The notes beneath the pieces were generated by a model. That model was not told the origin of the DNA, ran no database searches, and saw only the letters and a program-made list of their open reading frames with translations. Made by a program: the position numbers and the translations under genes. From the NCBI GenBank assembly GCA_963666365.2, contig CAXXNF010000002.1:736001-800000 (forward strand): a stretch of 64,000 bases of DNA. The letters run 5' to 3'. Positions 9,661 through 19,831 of this stretch are shown piece after piece. How positions within the stretch are numbered: the stretch's first letter is position 1; every line of letters starts with the position of its first letter. Source of the stretch: Syntrophales bacterium (GTDB taxonomy: Bacteria; Desulfobacterota; Syntrophia; Syntrophales; UBA2210).

Positions 9661-11184
9661 TCAATATTTCCCTCCGTGATCGATTTTGACCTGCGCTCTG
9701 TCTGTTTCTCCCTCAGTCGTTCGGGGAAGTCTCTCTACAAACAGAACATATTTCGGTTTTTTGTAGCGGGCGATTTTTGTCGTTACATAATCGATCAATT
9801 CCTGAGGACTCAAATCGGCGCCGGCTTTGGGTACGCACACTGCCTTTATCGCTTCCCCCCAGGTCTCGTCGGGAACACCAATGACACAGACATCTTCGAT
9901 GCCGTCATGGCTGAGAATCGCCTTTTCAACTTCTGCAGGGTACACGTTTTCTCCGCCCGGTTTGATCAGCTCTTTTTGCGCCTTGCGCTTGACATACCAG
10001 AGATATCCCTCTTCATCAAAACGGCCTATGTCTCCCGTATGGTGCCATCCGTTTCTGAAGGTATAGGCCGTTGCCTCTTCCATGTTCCAATATCCCTGAA
10101 ATACTGAAGGTGACTGTACGCAGATTTCACCAGGTTCTCCCAGGGGTACTTCGTTGTCATAGTCGTCGAAAAGTGAAACCCGGGCAAGAAGTGCGGGCTT
10201 TCCGGCGCTGCCCGGCCTGTCAGCGGCATTGCCACCCGTTACCGGAATTGCCTCGGTCTGCGCGTAGCCGCTGTAAAATACCGCATGCGGCGCGAGTGTG
10301 AGGATGGTGCGCACGCTCTCCGGATCCTCAAGGCCGCCGATACTTCGAAGACTGGAAAGATCACAGGGTGTTTCTTTATGGGCATCGATGAGCATTTTCA
10401 ATATGGGTGCAAATGATCCGAAGGTGGTCACTCTTTCGGCTTCAATGAGTTTCAGGGCCAGAGCGGGGTCGAAACGATCGACGATGACGTTTTTCGCTCC
10501 CCCATGAAGAATTGCCATAGAGGTTGAAAGCGCGGCGATGTGAAAGAGGGGAAGGATGCAAAGGTGACACGCATCTTCGCCCATGCGCTCCTGCGCGAGA
10601 ATCTGCATGTTGGTGGCGATTACATTCCCCTGACTCAGGAGGGCGCCTCGGGGCGTCCCTTCAACGGCCGCAGTATGGATAATTACATATCCCGCTTCGG
10701 CGGGAATGTCATATGTCGTGTCGGCGCCTTTTTTTCTGTAAAGCGTTTCAAAGGGTTGAAAGGAGGGAAGATCCGATTGTGCTGACATCGCATACCACAT
10801 TTCTATTGATGCGACGTTTTCCGCTGCTTCGGCGGCTGCGTTCAGATACTCCGATCCCGCAAAAAGGGCCTTGGGTGTGCAGTCCTTCAGGATATGGGAG
10901 ATTTCGTTACACTGAAAGCGCCAGTTTACGGGAACGACTATTGCGCCTATCTTTGCCGCGGCCCCGTAGAGAATCATGAAGTAATCCGAATTGTGAGCGA
11001 CTACGGCAATTCGATCCCCCAGTTGAATTCCCTGCTCGACAAGCCCCGCAGCACAGTGATCACATTTCATCTTGTAATCGCGGAACGTCATGCGCAGGTC
11101 TCCATAGACCAGTGCATCCCGATCTGCATGAAGCACGGCATTTCTGGATATCACGTCGTAAACAGTAAAGTCGCGAAGTCCCAT
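9661..11184 (-). CDS. AMP-dependent acyl-CoA synthetase (variant HTAAVxG subfamily)
   Basis: LPLFHI, GYAQTE, WHHTGDIGRFDEEGYL, IKPGGENVYPAEVE, IARYKKPK; RBS AAGGAGG. Confidence 0.92.
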   Translation of the reverse strand: MGLRDFTVYDVISRNAVLHADRDALVYGDLRMTFRDYKMKCDHCAAGLVEQGIQLGDRIAVVAHNSDYFMILYGAAAKIGAIVVPVNWRFQCNEISHILKDCTPKALFAGSEYLNAAAEAAENVASIEMWYAMSAQSDLPSFQPFETLYRKKGADTTYDIPAEAGYVIIHTAAVEGTPRGALLSQGNVIATNMQILAQERMGEDACHLCILPLFHIAALSTSMAILHGGAKNVIVDRFDPALALKLIEAERVTTFGSFAPILKMLIDAHKETPCDLSSLRSIGGLEDPESVRTILTLAPHAVFYSGYAQTEAIPVTGGNAADRPGSAGKPALLARVSLFDDYDNEVPLGEPGEICVQSPSVFQGYWNMEEATAYTFRNGWHHTGDIGRFDEEGYLWYVKRKAQKELIKPGGENVYPAEVEKAILSHDGIEDVCVIGVPDETWGEAIKAVCVPKAGADLSPQELIDYVTTKIARYKKPKYVLFVERLPRTTEGETDRAQVKIDHGGKY

Positions 11185-11356
11185 TATCTCCTCCTTTGCT
11201 TATATAACAGACAATGTGTGATATATTGATTTTCAGTTCCATTTCAAGTAATAGGAACAAAAACATATGCATTTTTTTGAAAGGATCATCCTTTAACCCC
11301 TGTCAAGGGCGCTGCAGGCGCCGATACGTGTGAACAGATACGCGCAAGCGAAGGCG

Positions 11357-11968
11357 ATGCGAGAACACTTTCTTAAAAAATATTATGATCTGCTGGAATG
11401 GATACTGCGCCCGTTGATAGGCAGATCAATTTCAGCAAATGCTGTTTCGTGCCTTTCGGTCATGTTCTCCTTTATCGCATTTTTCATATATGCGAAAGGA
11501 CTCTTTTTAGCAGGCGGGATAGTGCTTCTCCTATCGGGGTTCGTCGACACGCTGGATGGAACCATTGCCCGTCTTTCCGGCACCTCCTCCAAATTCGGTG
11601 CGCTGCTCGATTCCAGTTTGGACCGTTGGTCCGACTTTTTTATCTACGCAGGATTGCTTATATACTACCGCCAGAGCCCGGTCATCTATGCGGTACTCCT
11701 CTGTATAATCGGCTCCTTCATGGTGAGTTATGTAAAGGCGAGGGCCGAATCACTCGGAAGAGTCCGCGTCGTAGGTTTCATGCAGAGGCCTGAGCGCGTG
11801 GTGTTGCTTGCAGTGGCCTCGTTCAGTGTACCCGTTATGTCATGCTTTGCGCCTTCCAATAGAGAGGCGATGCTGATAGTCGTGCTCTACCTTATGGCGA
11901 TTCTTACCAATATCACATTTTTGCACAGGCTCTTCGCAGCGAAAAAAGACTTGGGCCAAGAAAAGTGA
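11357..11968 (+). CDS. CDP-alcohol phosphatidyltransferase
   Basis: DTLDGTIAR...GALLDSSLDRWSD signature, SYVKARAE, MQRPER. Start at 11330 or 11357. Confidence 0.9.
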   Translation: MREHFLKKYYDLLEWILRPLIGRSISANAVSCLSVMFSFIAFFIYAKGLFLAGGIVLLLSGFVDTLDGTIARLSGTSSKFGALLDSSLDRWSDFFIYAGLLIYYRQSPVIYAVLLCIIGSFMVSYVKARAESLGRVRVVGFMQRPERVVLLAVASFSVPVMSCFAPSNREAMLIVVLYLMAILTNITFLHRLFAAKKDLGQEK

Positions 11969-12029
11969 ATTCCGGGTGTTGCTGCAGGCTGCTGCCAATG
12001 AGGACGATTCCATTCTCTTGGAGGAAAGG

Positions 12030-12069
12030 AAGGCGAGGGAATCCTGACTCATAGAGATTCCCTCGCTTC
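12030..12069. terminator. Hairpin between convergent genes
   Basis: gcgagggaatc...gattccctcgc inverted repeat. Confidence 0.65.
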
Positions 12070-12073
12070 TAAG

Positions 12074-13309
12074 TTATTTCCAGCTGTATTTCGTTAAATC
12101 GGGACAGGGATATTCGCCGATAACATTCTGACGATTATCGTTCAGTCTGATCAGAACTGCCGTATCCTGCCCGAATCGTTTCTTTTCGTTAAATGTTACA
12201 GGCGGTCGAAGGCCCATCATGTCATAACCTTTGATCGTTTGTATAGCATCATAGACAGCTTTGCCATCAACATTGCCAGGTCCTACTTTATGCGCCGCTA
12301 TACGTATTGCCTCGCAGGCGATAAGGGCCATCCCCGCGGTCATTGCATGTCCTTCTGGTGGAAATCCCATTTTATCACGCCCATTTTTCTTAAATATTTC
12401 CAGAACCTTCGGGCATCGATTCGGCCACTCAGCTACAGGCCAGATATTGGAAACTATATAGGTGTTTCTCGCCAGAGGGCCGACCATATCTAAAAGGACG
12501 CCCGGCACTATGGCATAGCAAAGACCGATATCTATCTGGTCGATCATGCCTAATTTTTCCATTTCCTTAAGTACGACCGCAAAGGCATTTTGATACATGC
12601 CGCCAAAGGTGAAATCAACACCCTTTTCCTTCAATCTCAATAATTGAGCACTCACATCGGTAGGTACATAGGGAATAAACTCTTCACCGATTATTTCTAC
12701 ACCCTTCGATTCAATGTAGGCCCTTGCTTTAGGTGTTATGGATGCACGGCCATAGGCGACTTCCCATGTGAGCCAGGCAAAGCGCGGTTTTCTGTTAAGT
12801 CCTTTTTTTGGCCAGATATTTGCGAGATACCAATCGACCCATAATCCCAATTCATTCACGTAGGGGGATGTCGGTGAAAATGTCCATGAAGGAAGTTTTG
12901 TCAGTTCATCATCGCTGCCCCCCTCAACATTGATTATTTCTTTTTTGATATTCCATTTTTTCAGCGCCAGAGCAACGCCGGTGGACTGGCCTACCATAGC
13001 GACCACTTTGTCCTTTCCCTCGGACATTTGTTTGAAAGCGGTCATTGATTTTGCTGCATCGGATCCTCCATCTTTCCAGATGGGAACAATTTCGACTCCA
13101 TTCAGGTCCATGTACTTGTTTGCAAGTTCGACACCATCGAGAAATCCCGGGTTATTGGCAACCTGTGTTCCACCATAGGGTCCGGTTATATGAACCAGAT
13201 GGCCGAGATAGACCTTTGTCTTGTCGGCTTGGGCCATACCCGTGATACCTGCAATAAGGAACAAAGAGAAAAAAGTAAAAAACATTTTATTCAATACCCA
13301 TTTATTCAT
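12074..13309 (-). CDS. LivJ/K-like ABC substrate-binding protein
   Basis: Signal peptide, ITGPYG, AQLLRLKEKGVDF; last gene of the liv-type operon. Confidence 0.88.
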   Translation of the reverse strand: MNKWVLNKMFFTFFSLFLIAGITGMAQADKTKVYLGHLVHITGPYGGTQVANNPGFLDGVELANKYMDLNGVEIVPIWKDGGSDAAKSMTAFKQMSEGKDKVVAMVGQSTGVALALKKWNIKKEIINVEGGSDDELTKLPSWTFSPTSPYVNELGLWVDWYLANIWPKKGLNRKPRFAWLTWEVAYGRASITPKARAYIESKGVEIIGEEFIPYVPTDVSAQLLRLKEKGVDFTFGGMYQNAFAVVLKEMEKLGMIDQIDIGLCYAIVPGVLLDMVGPLARNTYIVSNIWPVAEWPNRCPKVLEIFKKNGRDKMGFPPEGHAMTAGMALIACEAIRIAAHKVGPGNVDGKAVYDAIQTIKGYDMMGLRPPVTFNEKKRFGQDTAVLIRLNDNRQNVIGEYPCPDLTKYSWK

Positions 13310-13366
13310 GATTCCCTCCTTTTGTTGCGGATTTATTTTAGGCTTGTTCCAGATAATTCAGAAAGT

Positions 13367-14161
13367 CTAGCCAAGCCACCTCTTGCGCCTTTTATAATGC
13401 TTCACGTCGCGATAGCTCTTCTTTTTTCCCACACCGGACAATCCGAGATAAAATTCGCGCACATCTTCGTTCTCTTTGATTTTATCGGCAGGTCCGTCAA
13501 GGACGATGCGCCCGTTTTCCATGACATAGGCATAATCAGATACGGTAAGTGCGATATTGGCATTCTGTTCTACCAGTAGAATGGGAAGCTTCTCCTCCTG
13601 ATTGATTGTTTTGACTATCTGAAAGATCTCTTTCACGATTAAAGGGGCCAGCCCCAAAGATGGCTCGTCAAGCATGATTAATCGAGGACGCGCCATAAGA
13701 CTCCGGCCTATCACGAGCATCTGCTGCTCCCCGCCGGAAAGATATCCGCTCACTGCCTTCTTTAAATCAAAAAGGCGGGGAAAGTACTCATATACCTGGC
13801 GTAACCTTTTCTTTACATCCTGCCTGCTTCTATTCAGATACGCACCCAGAAGAAGATTTTCTTCAACATTCAGATGCGCATACAGACGCCTTCCCTCAAT
13901 TACCTGCCTTATACCGTAAGAGGCAATTTCTTCTGGACCCAGTTTCTCGATCCGGTGTCCGGTATAATCGATGCTTCCATGGGTGACTTCACCCAGTTCA
14001 ACGCCTAATATCCCCGATATTGCTTTGAGCGTGGTGCTTTTCCCGGCGCCGTTTGCCCCGAGGAGGGAAACAATCTGACCTTCTTTTACGGAGAGACTTA
14101 CTCCCCGCAGGACGAGAATCACTTTCGAATAGACGACTTCAATATTATTAACTTCCAGCAT
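13367..14161 (-). CDS. livF: ABC ATPase, LivF family
   Basis: GANGAGKST, LSGGEQQML, LDEPSLGLAP, LVEQN. Confidence 0.93.
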   Translation of the reverse strand: MLEVNNIEVVYSKVILVLRGVSLSVKEGQIVSLLGANGAGKSTTLKAISGILGVELGEVTHGSIDYTGHRIEKLGPEEIASYGIRQVIEGRRLYAHLNVEENLLLGAYLNRSRQDVKKRLRQVYEYFPRLFDLKKAVSGYLSGGEQQMLVIGRSLMARPRLIMLDEPSLGLAPLIVKEIFQIVKTINQEEKLPILLVEQNANIALTVSDYAYVMENGRIVLDGPADKIKENEDVREFYLGLSGVGKKKSYRDVKHYKRRKRWLG

Positions 14162-14190
14162 GGTATCCCTCCCGACGAATTCTTTTTACC

Positions 14191-15246
14191 TCAGTATGGA
14201 AACGGCCACAGGCGGAATGTCGAAAGTGTTATCTGCCATCGATGAAACAGCCCTCGCGGCTCAAATACAAGAAAGAGAAGAATTACGGCGCCAAAAAAAA
14301 TCTGAACAAATCCAGCGACAGCCGATCCTTCAAGGGCCGGAAAAACACTGCCGAGCCAAGGAGCAAGGAAGAGAACAAGCTGGTGGAGTAACTTGAGAAA
14401 GAATACCCCCATAATTGCGCCTGTGATTGTGGCTCCTCCAATAATAAGCATTCCCAACATCCAGATGGAATCCATAAGCGTGAATTGCTCGACGGTAATT
14501 ATTCCCTGGTAATGGGCAAGCAGTGATCCTGCTATACCGGCATACAAGGACGATAGAAAAAAGGCGAGCACTTTGGTTTTAAATACATTAATTCCCATAA
14601 ATGCTGCTGCCAGATCATTGTCCCTAACGGCTATAAAGGATCGCCCTGTCTTTGTTCTCATCATATTGTTCGTGAGAAACACAATGACAACGACAAAAGT
14701 CATTGCAAGATAATAAAATCTGAGTTCACTGTCGAAGACAAAACCGAAGAAAGAGACTTCTTCGGCGGGCAGACCCGATATCCCCTGAGTTATATTGCCT
14801 CCGTGAAGGATAATCCACATGATGATGAAGTGAGCTGCCAGTGTGGTCACGGCAATGTAAAATCCCCTGATTTTCAGCGCCGGCATTGCGACGATTATGC
14901 CAAGAATTCCACTTCCCAAAGCTGCGCATGGAAGAGTGAGCCAGAAAGGCAATCCGACGTGAGTGGAAAGTGCTGCGCTCACATAGGCGCCCACAGCCAT
15001 GAAGGCAGCATGCCCCATGCTTATCTGTCCGGTAAATCCAACAATAATCTGCAGCCCCAGAACGGCAATAACAAATATTCCCATATTTATCGCGACATCA
15101 AGAAGATAATTACCTGCGATCAGCGGAAACAGGCCGAAGAGGAAAACAAGAAGCAGTATCAGCATAATCCAGCGAAATCCGGTTCGTACCAGAGCGCTAT
15201 CCTGCTCATATGTTTCATCAAATGTTCCGCAGGGTTTTTTCAGCAT
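14191..15246 (-). CDS. livM: ABC permease, LivM family
   Basis: GQISMGHAAF, GFYIAVTTL, GRSFIAVRDNDLAA. Confidence 0.92.
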   Translation of the reverse strand: MLKKPCGTFDETYEQDSALVRTGFRWIMLILLLVFLFGLFPLIAGNYLLDVAINMGIFVIAVLGLQIIVGFTGQISMGHAAFMAVGAYVSAALSTHVGLPFWLTLPCAALGSGILGIIVAMPALKIRGFYIAVTTLAAHFIIMWIILHGGNITQGISGLPAEEVSFFGFVFDSELRFYYLAMTFVVVIVFLTNNMMRTKTGRSFIAVRDNDLAAAFMGINVFKTKVLAFFLSSLYAGIAGSLLAHYQGIITVEQFTLMDSIWMLGMLIIGGATITGAIMGVFFLKLLHQLVLFLAPWLGSVFPALEGSAVAGFVQIFFGAVILLFLVFEPRGLFHRWQITLSTFRLWPFPY

Positions 15247-15248
15247 TT

Positions 15249-16136
15249 TTATACCCTTTCTATTCTTTCATAGCCAAAAAGCCCGTATGGCCTCAGCACC
15301 AGAGCAATGAGCAATACCACGTAGGGTGCGACCTCGGAAAAGCCTCCACCTACATAGGGATCAAGATAACCGCTGCCTAGGGCCTCTGATAATCCAATAA
15401 TGATTCCGCCAATCAACGCACCCACTACTGATTCCATGCCGCCTAGTATCACGACTGCAAGAGCCTTCATTCCCAGTCCGTTTAAAGAGGTAAAGCTTAC
15501 CCCGTAGAGAGAGCTCATCAAGATTCCACCGACTGCCGCAACGAGAATAGCCACAAACCAGGATACGACAAAAATAGAACTTACCCGTATTCCTTCGCTT
15601 TGAGCCAAAGTGTGATCCTCTGCGGTACCTCTCATTGCCAGCCCGATTTTGGTTTTCTGGAAGAAAAGGACAAAAATTAAAAAACAAAGGGCACAGACTA
15701 TAAAATTTAGAAGCGACTCTGAAGAAAGGACGACTGTGCCGAGATGAATCCGGGCCGATGAAACTATTTCCGGCAACAGTCTCCCCGGTCCCGGCCAGAA
15801 GAGGACAACGGCACCGCTGAAAAGCTCACCCATGGCGATTGTTGCCATTACCGCCGCCATCAGGGGTTGCCCGGTCAAAGGCTGCAGTATAAGTCGCTGG
15901 ATGATAAATGCGAGCAAAGCGATGCAGAAAATGAGTATCGGCAAGGCAAGCCATGGAGGCATATTCCATTTAACAAGAAGCTGCCATAACATGAAAGCTG
16001 AAAATGCCACTAATGGTCCGTGAGCGAAATTAAAAATAGAAGAGGATTTGTAAATTATTACGATGGCAAGTGCCATCAGGGCGTACACACCGCCTGTCAG
16101 AATGCCGTTCACGAATATCTGAGAAAAAAAATCCAT
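15249..16136 (-). CDS. livH: ABC permease, LivH family
   Basis: NGILTGGVYAL, FNFAHG, GLAMRG, LRPYGLFG. Confidence 0.92.
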   Translation of the reverse strand: MDFFSQIFVNGILTGGVYALMALAIVIIYKSSSIFNFAHGPLVAFSAFMLWQLLVKWNMPPWLALPILIFCIALLAFIIQRLILQPLTGQPLMAAVMATIAMGELFSGAVVLFWPGPGRLLPEIVSSARIHLGTVVLSSESLLNFIVCALCFLIFVLFFQKTKIGLAMRGTAEDHTLAQSEGIRVSSIFVVSWFVAILVAAVGGILMSSLYGVSFTSLNGLGMKALAVVILGGMESVVGALIGGIIIGLSEALGSGYLDPYVGGGFSEVAPYVVLLIALVLRPYGLFGYERIERV

Positions 16137-16138
16137 TT

Positions 16139-18130
16139 TCAATCTCCTGCCAGTGTTGTTTTGATTTTGAGATCCGTTTTCATTGTTCCAGTGCGTCCAT
16201 CCCGATACTTGACATCAGCCTTAATGGATATGTGTTCTTTATTCTCAAAGGCGGCATTGATTAGATTACTGTATTTACTTTCCAAAAATTCGCGGCGCAA
16301 TTTTCTTGTTTTGGTCAATTCTCCCTCGTCGGCATCGAACTCCTTGTGCAGGAGTGTATAACGAGACACCTTTGCATTTTCGGGAAGAGTCGTATTTACC
16401 TGAACCACGTCTTTTTCAATAAGGTCATACACTTCTTTCTTCTGGCTGAGATCGACAAATGTAGTGTAGGAAATATGATTCTTTTCCGCCCATTTCCCTA
16501 CATTATCGAAGTCAATTGTAATAAGAGCGAAAATGAAGGGGCGCTCCTTGCCGCCTATGACCAGAACCTCCTTGATGTAGGGGCTGAATTTAAGGCGATT
16601 CTGGATGTAGGTAGGGGAATATCGAGTTCCATCTTTCAAAGACAGCATCTCTTTCATGCGATCATAGACGATGAGATGGCCATCTTTATCAATAATGCCG
16701 GCATCACCGGTCTTGACCCAACCGTTTTCCAGCATGGCTGCGGTTTCATCCGGCTTTTTGTAATAACCTGAAAACTTGGCATCTGCCTTCAGATATATCT
16801 CGCCCTGATTCGTTATTTTGACTTCCACACCAGGCACAGGTATCCCGCTGGTTCCGGGCTTGATTAATTCCCTATGAGTTACAGCAGGATTGAGCTCGGT
16901 TAATCCGTAGGCGTCTCTGATTCTCACACCAATAGCCTTATACCAGCGTATCACGTCCGGCCCCAGGGCGGAGCCGCCCGTCAATGCGTAGCGGAGTTTG
17001 CTTAACCCAAGGTAATCCCGGATATGATAGAGACAAAGGCCATTAGCGAGCCAGAAGAGAGCACGAAGATAAAGGGGGGGCTTCGTGCCATGTGTTCTTT
17101 CATATTCTGAATATCGATACCCTATAGGGAGGGAGACGTTATACAGAAATCGTCTGATCGGCCCTGTATCGAATATCTTCATTTGTACCTGCGAAAGTAT
17201 TCCCTGCCACTGCATTGGACTCAACAGGCATGTACGGGCGCCAATCTCACGTAGGTTTTGCATGACCGTTTCCGGTTCTTCCGGGAAATTCACTTGAGTC
17301 CGGAAGGCGACCCAGCCTGCGATCATCAATTGTTCGGAGATCCAGGCAGGCGGCACGTAGGAGAGGTAATTGTCCTTTGGAGCCGGTGGGGCGACGGCCC
17401 CCCAGCGTATAGCTCCTTTAATCAGATATTCGTGACTCAACATGGCGCCTTTAGGAAGTCCGGTTGTGCCGGACGTATAGCAAATCACCGCAATGTCTTC
17501 ATCGTTTCCTTCTTCCACCGATTGTTCGAAAAAGTCAGGATTCTCCTTTTCAAAAGATTTTCCCTGTTCGATAAGATCCTTGTTCTCCAGGAGCCAGGGA
17601 TCATCCTTATGGCGCACCATTCCCCGGTTATCCCAGTAAATGATTTTCTTTATCTTTGGGATCTCCTTTTTTATTTCTAGAAATTTATCTGTTTGCTCCT
17701 GATCCTTTGAAAAAACAAGGACGCTGTCGGAGTCGTTTACAAGATACTGCAGATCCGAAGGCATTGCATCTATATAAAGTCCTACAACGGAAGCCCCCAT
17801 TGATTGCACGGCTATTTCCGCCCAGTACCATTCAGGATCATTATCTCCAATTATGCATACCTTATCCCCCCTGTTGATCCCCAGGCTTTTCAATCCAAGT
17901 GCCATATATTTAATATTTTCGTAAACCTGTGCATTGGTAAAACTATTCCAAATTCCGAGATCTTTCTTTCGCATGCAGATTTCATCGGGATATTCAGTGC
18001 ATGTATCTTTGATGATCTTGGGGAGTGTATCACGGATGCCTTCGACGCACCTTCGGTAATAATCCGAATTAAATCCAGAATCCTTCAATGCCGGCATACA
18101 CTGTTCCAGAAGTGCTTGGGTATCAATCAT
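16139..18130 (-). CDS. Long-chain fatty acid--CoA ligase embedded in ABC operon
   Basis: YTSGTTGLPKG, YGLTE, WVKTGDAG, GELTKTRKLRR; ATG overlaps the livG stop (ATGA). Confidence 0.92.
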   Translation of the reverse strand: MIDTQALLEQCMPALKDSGFNSDYYRRCVEGIRDTLPKIIKDTCTEYPDEICMRKKDLGIWNSFTNAQVYENIKYMALGLKSLGINRGDKVCIIGDNDPEWYWAEIAVQSMGASVVGLYIDAMPSDLQYLVNDSDSVLVFSKDQEQTDKFLEIKKEIPKIKKIIYWDNRGMVRHKDDPWLLENKDLIEQGKSFEKENPDFFEQSVEEGNDEDIAVICYTSGTTGLPKGAMLSHEYLIKGAIRWGAVAPPAPKDNYLSYVPPAWISEQLMIAGWVAFRTQVNFPEEPETVMQNLREIGARTCLLSPMQWQGILSQVQMKIFDTGPIRRFLYNVSLPIGYRYSEYERTHGTKPPLYLRALFWLANGLCLYHIRDYLGLSKLRYALTGGSALGPDVIRWYKAIGVRIRDAYGLTELNPAVTHRELIKPGTSGIPVPGVEVKITNQGEIYLKADAKFSGYYKKPDETAAMLENGWVKTGDAGIIDKDGHLIVYDRMKEMLSLKDGTRYSPTYIQNRLKFSPYIKEVLVIGGKERPFIFALITIDFDNVGKWAEKNHISYTTFVDLSQKKEVYDLIEKDVVQVNTTLPENAKVSRYTLLHKEFDADEGELTKTRKLRREFLESKYSNLINAAFENKEHISIKADVKYRDGRTGTMKTDLKIKTTLAGD

Positions 18131-18939
18131 GACAGACACACCCCCTGCTCTTCTTCCGCTTCACCAAGATATGCGGCAAGAACGGCTGGATTTTTGCTGA
18201 TTTCCGAAGGCGTGCCGTCGGCAATTTTTTTACCGAAATCCAAAACTATTATATGGTCGGCAATATCCATTACCACCCCCATGTCATGCTCAACCAAAAT
18301 CATGGTGGTGTTACGTTCATCGGAGACATCAAGGATAAAACGTGCCATATCTTCCTTTTCTTCGAGATTCATGCCCGCCATAGGTTCATCAAGCAGAAGT
18401 AGATCTGGCTCCATGGCTAATGCACGGCCAAAATCAACTCTTTTCCTTAGACCGTATGATAATTCCCCTACATAGGACTTCCTTATGTGCTCGATTTCCA
18501 GAAAATCTATTATCTCCTCGACCTTACGCCGATTTGCCAGTTCCTCTTTTTTGGCCTTTGACCAGAAATAGAAATAGGATGCGAATGCGCTGTGAGTAAA
18601 ACGTAGATGCATTCCCGTCATCAAGTTATCGAGGGTCGTCATTCCCGCATATGTCTGTATACCCTGAAAAACACGACCGATTCCCAGCTTTGCAATATTA
18701 TGCGTTTTCATTCCCAGAAGTTCCTGACCTTTATACTGCAAAGACCCCCCGGGCTCGGCATGGTAAAAACCGTTGATACAGTTGAGCAGACAGGTCTTTC
18801 CAGCACCATTCGGTCCTATGATTGCCATGATTTCTCCAGGGATTACATCAAAATCAACATTAGTAAGTGCTTTAACCCCGCCGAATCTAAGGCTTATATT
18901 AGATGCGGCAAGTATCGCCTTTCTCCCGTCAGTCGCCAT
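18127..18939 (-). CDS. livG: ABC ATPase, LivG family
   Basis: FGGVKAL, GPNGAGKT, LDEPMAG, VEHDM; RBS AAGGAG before ATG 18939. Confidence 0.92.
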   Translation of the reverse strand: MATDGRKAILAASNISLRFGGVKALTNVDFDVIPGEIMAIIGPNGAGKTCLLNCINGFYHAEPGGSLQYKGQELLGMKTHNIAKLGIGRVFQGIQTYAGMTTLDNLMTGMHLRFTHSAFASYFYFWSKAKKEELANRRKVEEIIDFLEIEHIRKSYVGELSYGLRKRVDFGRALAMEPDLLLLDEPMAGMNLEEKEDMARFILDVSDERNTTMILVEHDMGVVMDIADHIIVLDFGKKIADGTPSEISKNPAVLAAYLGEAEEEQGVCLS

Positions 18940-19385
18940 AGAGAGACACTCCTTCATCAGTAATTTTGTGTGCCAGAAAGACTCAGCAATTAAGACTTCT
19001 TTATTTCAGGGTACTCTTGGGGGGTACGGCTTATTACTAGTCATCCAAAGCCCTACACACTTCTAAGGCAATAAGAAAGATATGTCAAATGGAAAAACAA
19101 AGCCTTTACTCGACGCCCGCTTTATTCTGACGATTGAATTTCATTTTAAAAAGGACATTTCTTAATAATATGAAGATGTTTTTTCTTGATTGTTGTTTTT
19201 CTTTGTGCTAGTTATCTGGAAACCTTTGACAGAGCGCTTTTGCGGCTTACACTGATTTTGCAGCTGCGACAGCACTGCATTTAATGTTCCCATGTATGAT
19301 ATTCCCGGTGAAACCGGGATGTTAAGCATAACACAGGCATCTGAAGTACCAACTTTATTATGCAAAGGAAAGGGGGACGTAAGGT

Positions 19386-19658
19386 ATGACAAAGGCTGAA
19401 TTAATCGCGGCCATGGCAAAGGATGCGGATGTAACAAAGGCGGTAGCTGGAAAGGTTTTGGAATCATATATCAAAAACGTTCAGGGGGAGCTCAAAAAAA
19501 ACGGAAAGATCGGTTTGGTCGGTTTTGGCACTTTTTCTGTTGTGAAGAGGAAGGCCAGAACAGGGCGGAATCCGCAGACAGGTAAAGAGATAAAGATCAA
19601 AGCAAAAAAGGTGGTAAAATTTAAACCGGGCAAGCAGCTCCAGGAAAAAGTAAAATAG
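19386..19658 (+). CDS. hup: DNA-binding protein HU
   Basis: MTKAELI...GFGTFSVVKRKARTGRNPQTG...FKPGK. Confidence 0.96.
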   Translation: MTKAELIAAMAKDADVTKAVAGKVLESYIKNVQGELKKNGKIGLVGFGTFSVVKRKARTGRNPQTGKEIKIKAKKVVKFKPGKQLQEKVK

Positions 19659-19677
19659 GTTGCTTCCTTGAAAAGGC

Positions 19678-19718
19678 AAACGGCCTCCACGTGAAAACGA
19701 CGGGGGTCGTTTTTTTTT
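19678..19718 (+). terminator. Rho-independent terminator after HU
   Basis: aaacggcctcc...gggggtcgttt stem followed by a T-run. Confidence 0.65.
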
Positions 19719-19831
19719 AAGACGCAGAAATGCGGATTTCTTGGCCGCTGCATAGTGTAATGTGTTGTCGAGCTTACTTCAGGTGGATCGTCGAACTTTC
19801 GGTACAGAGATAAAAGTCGGGAAGGACCGAA

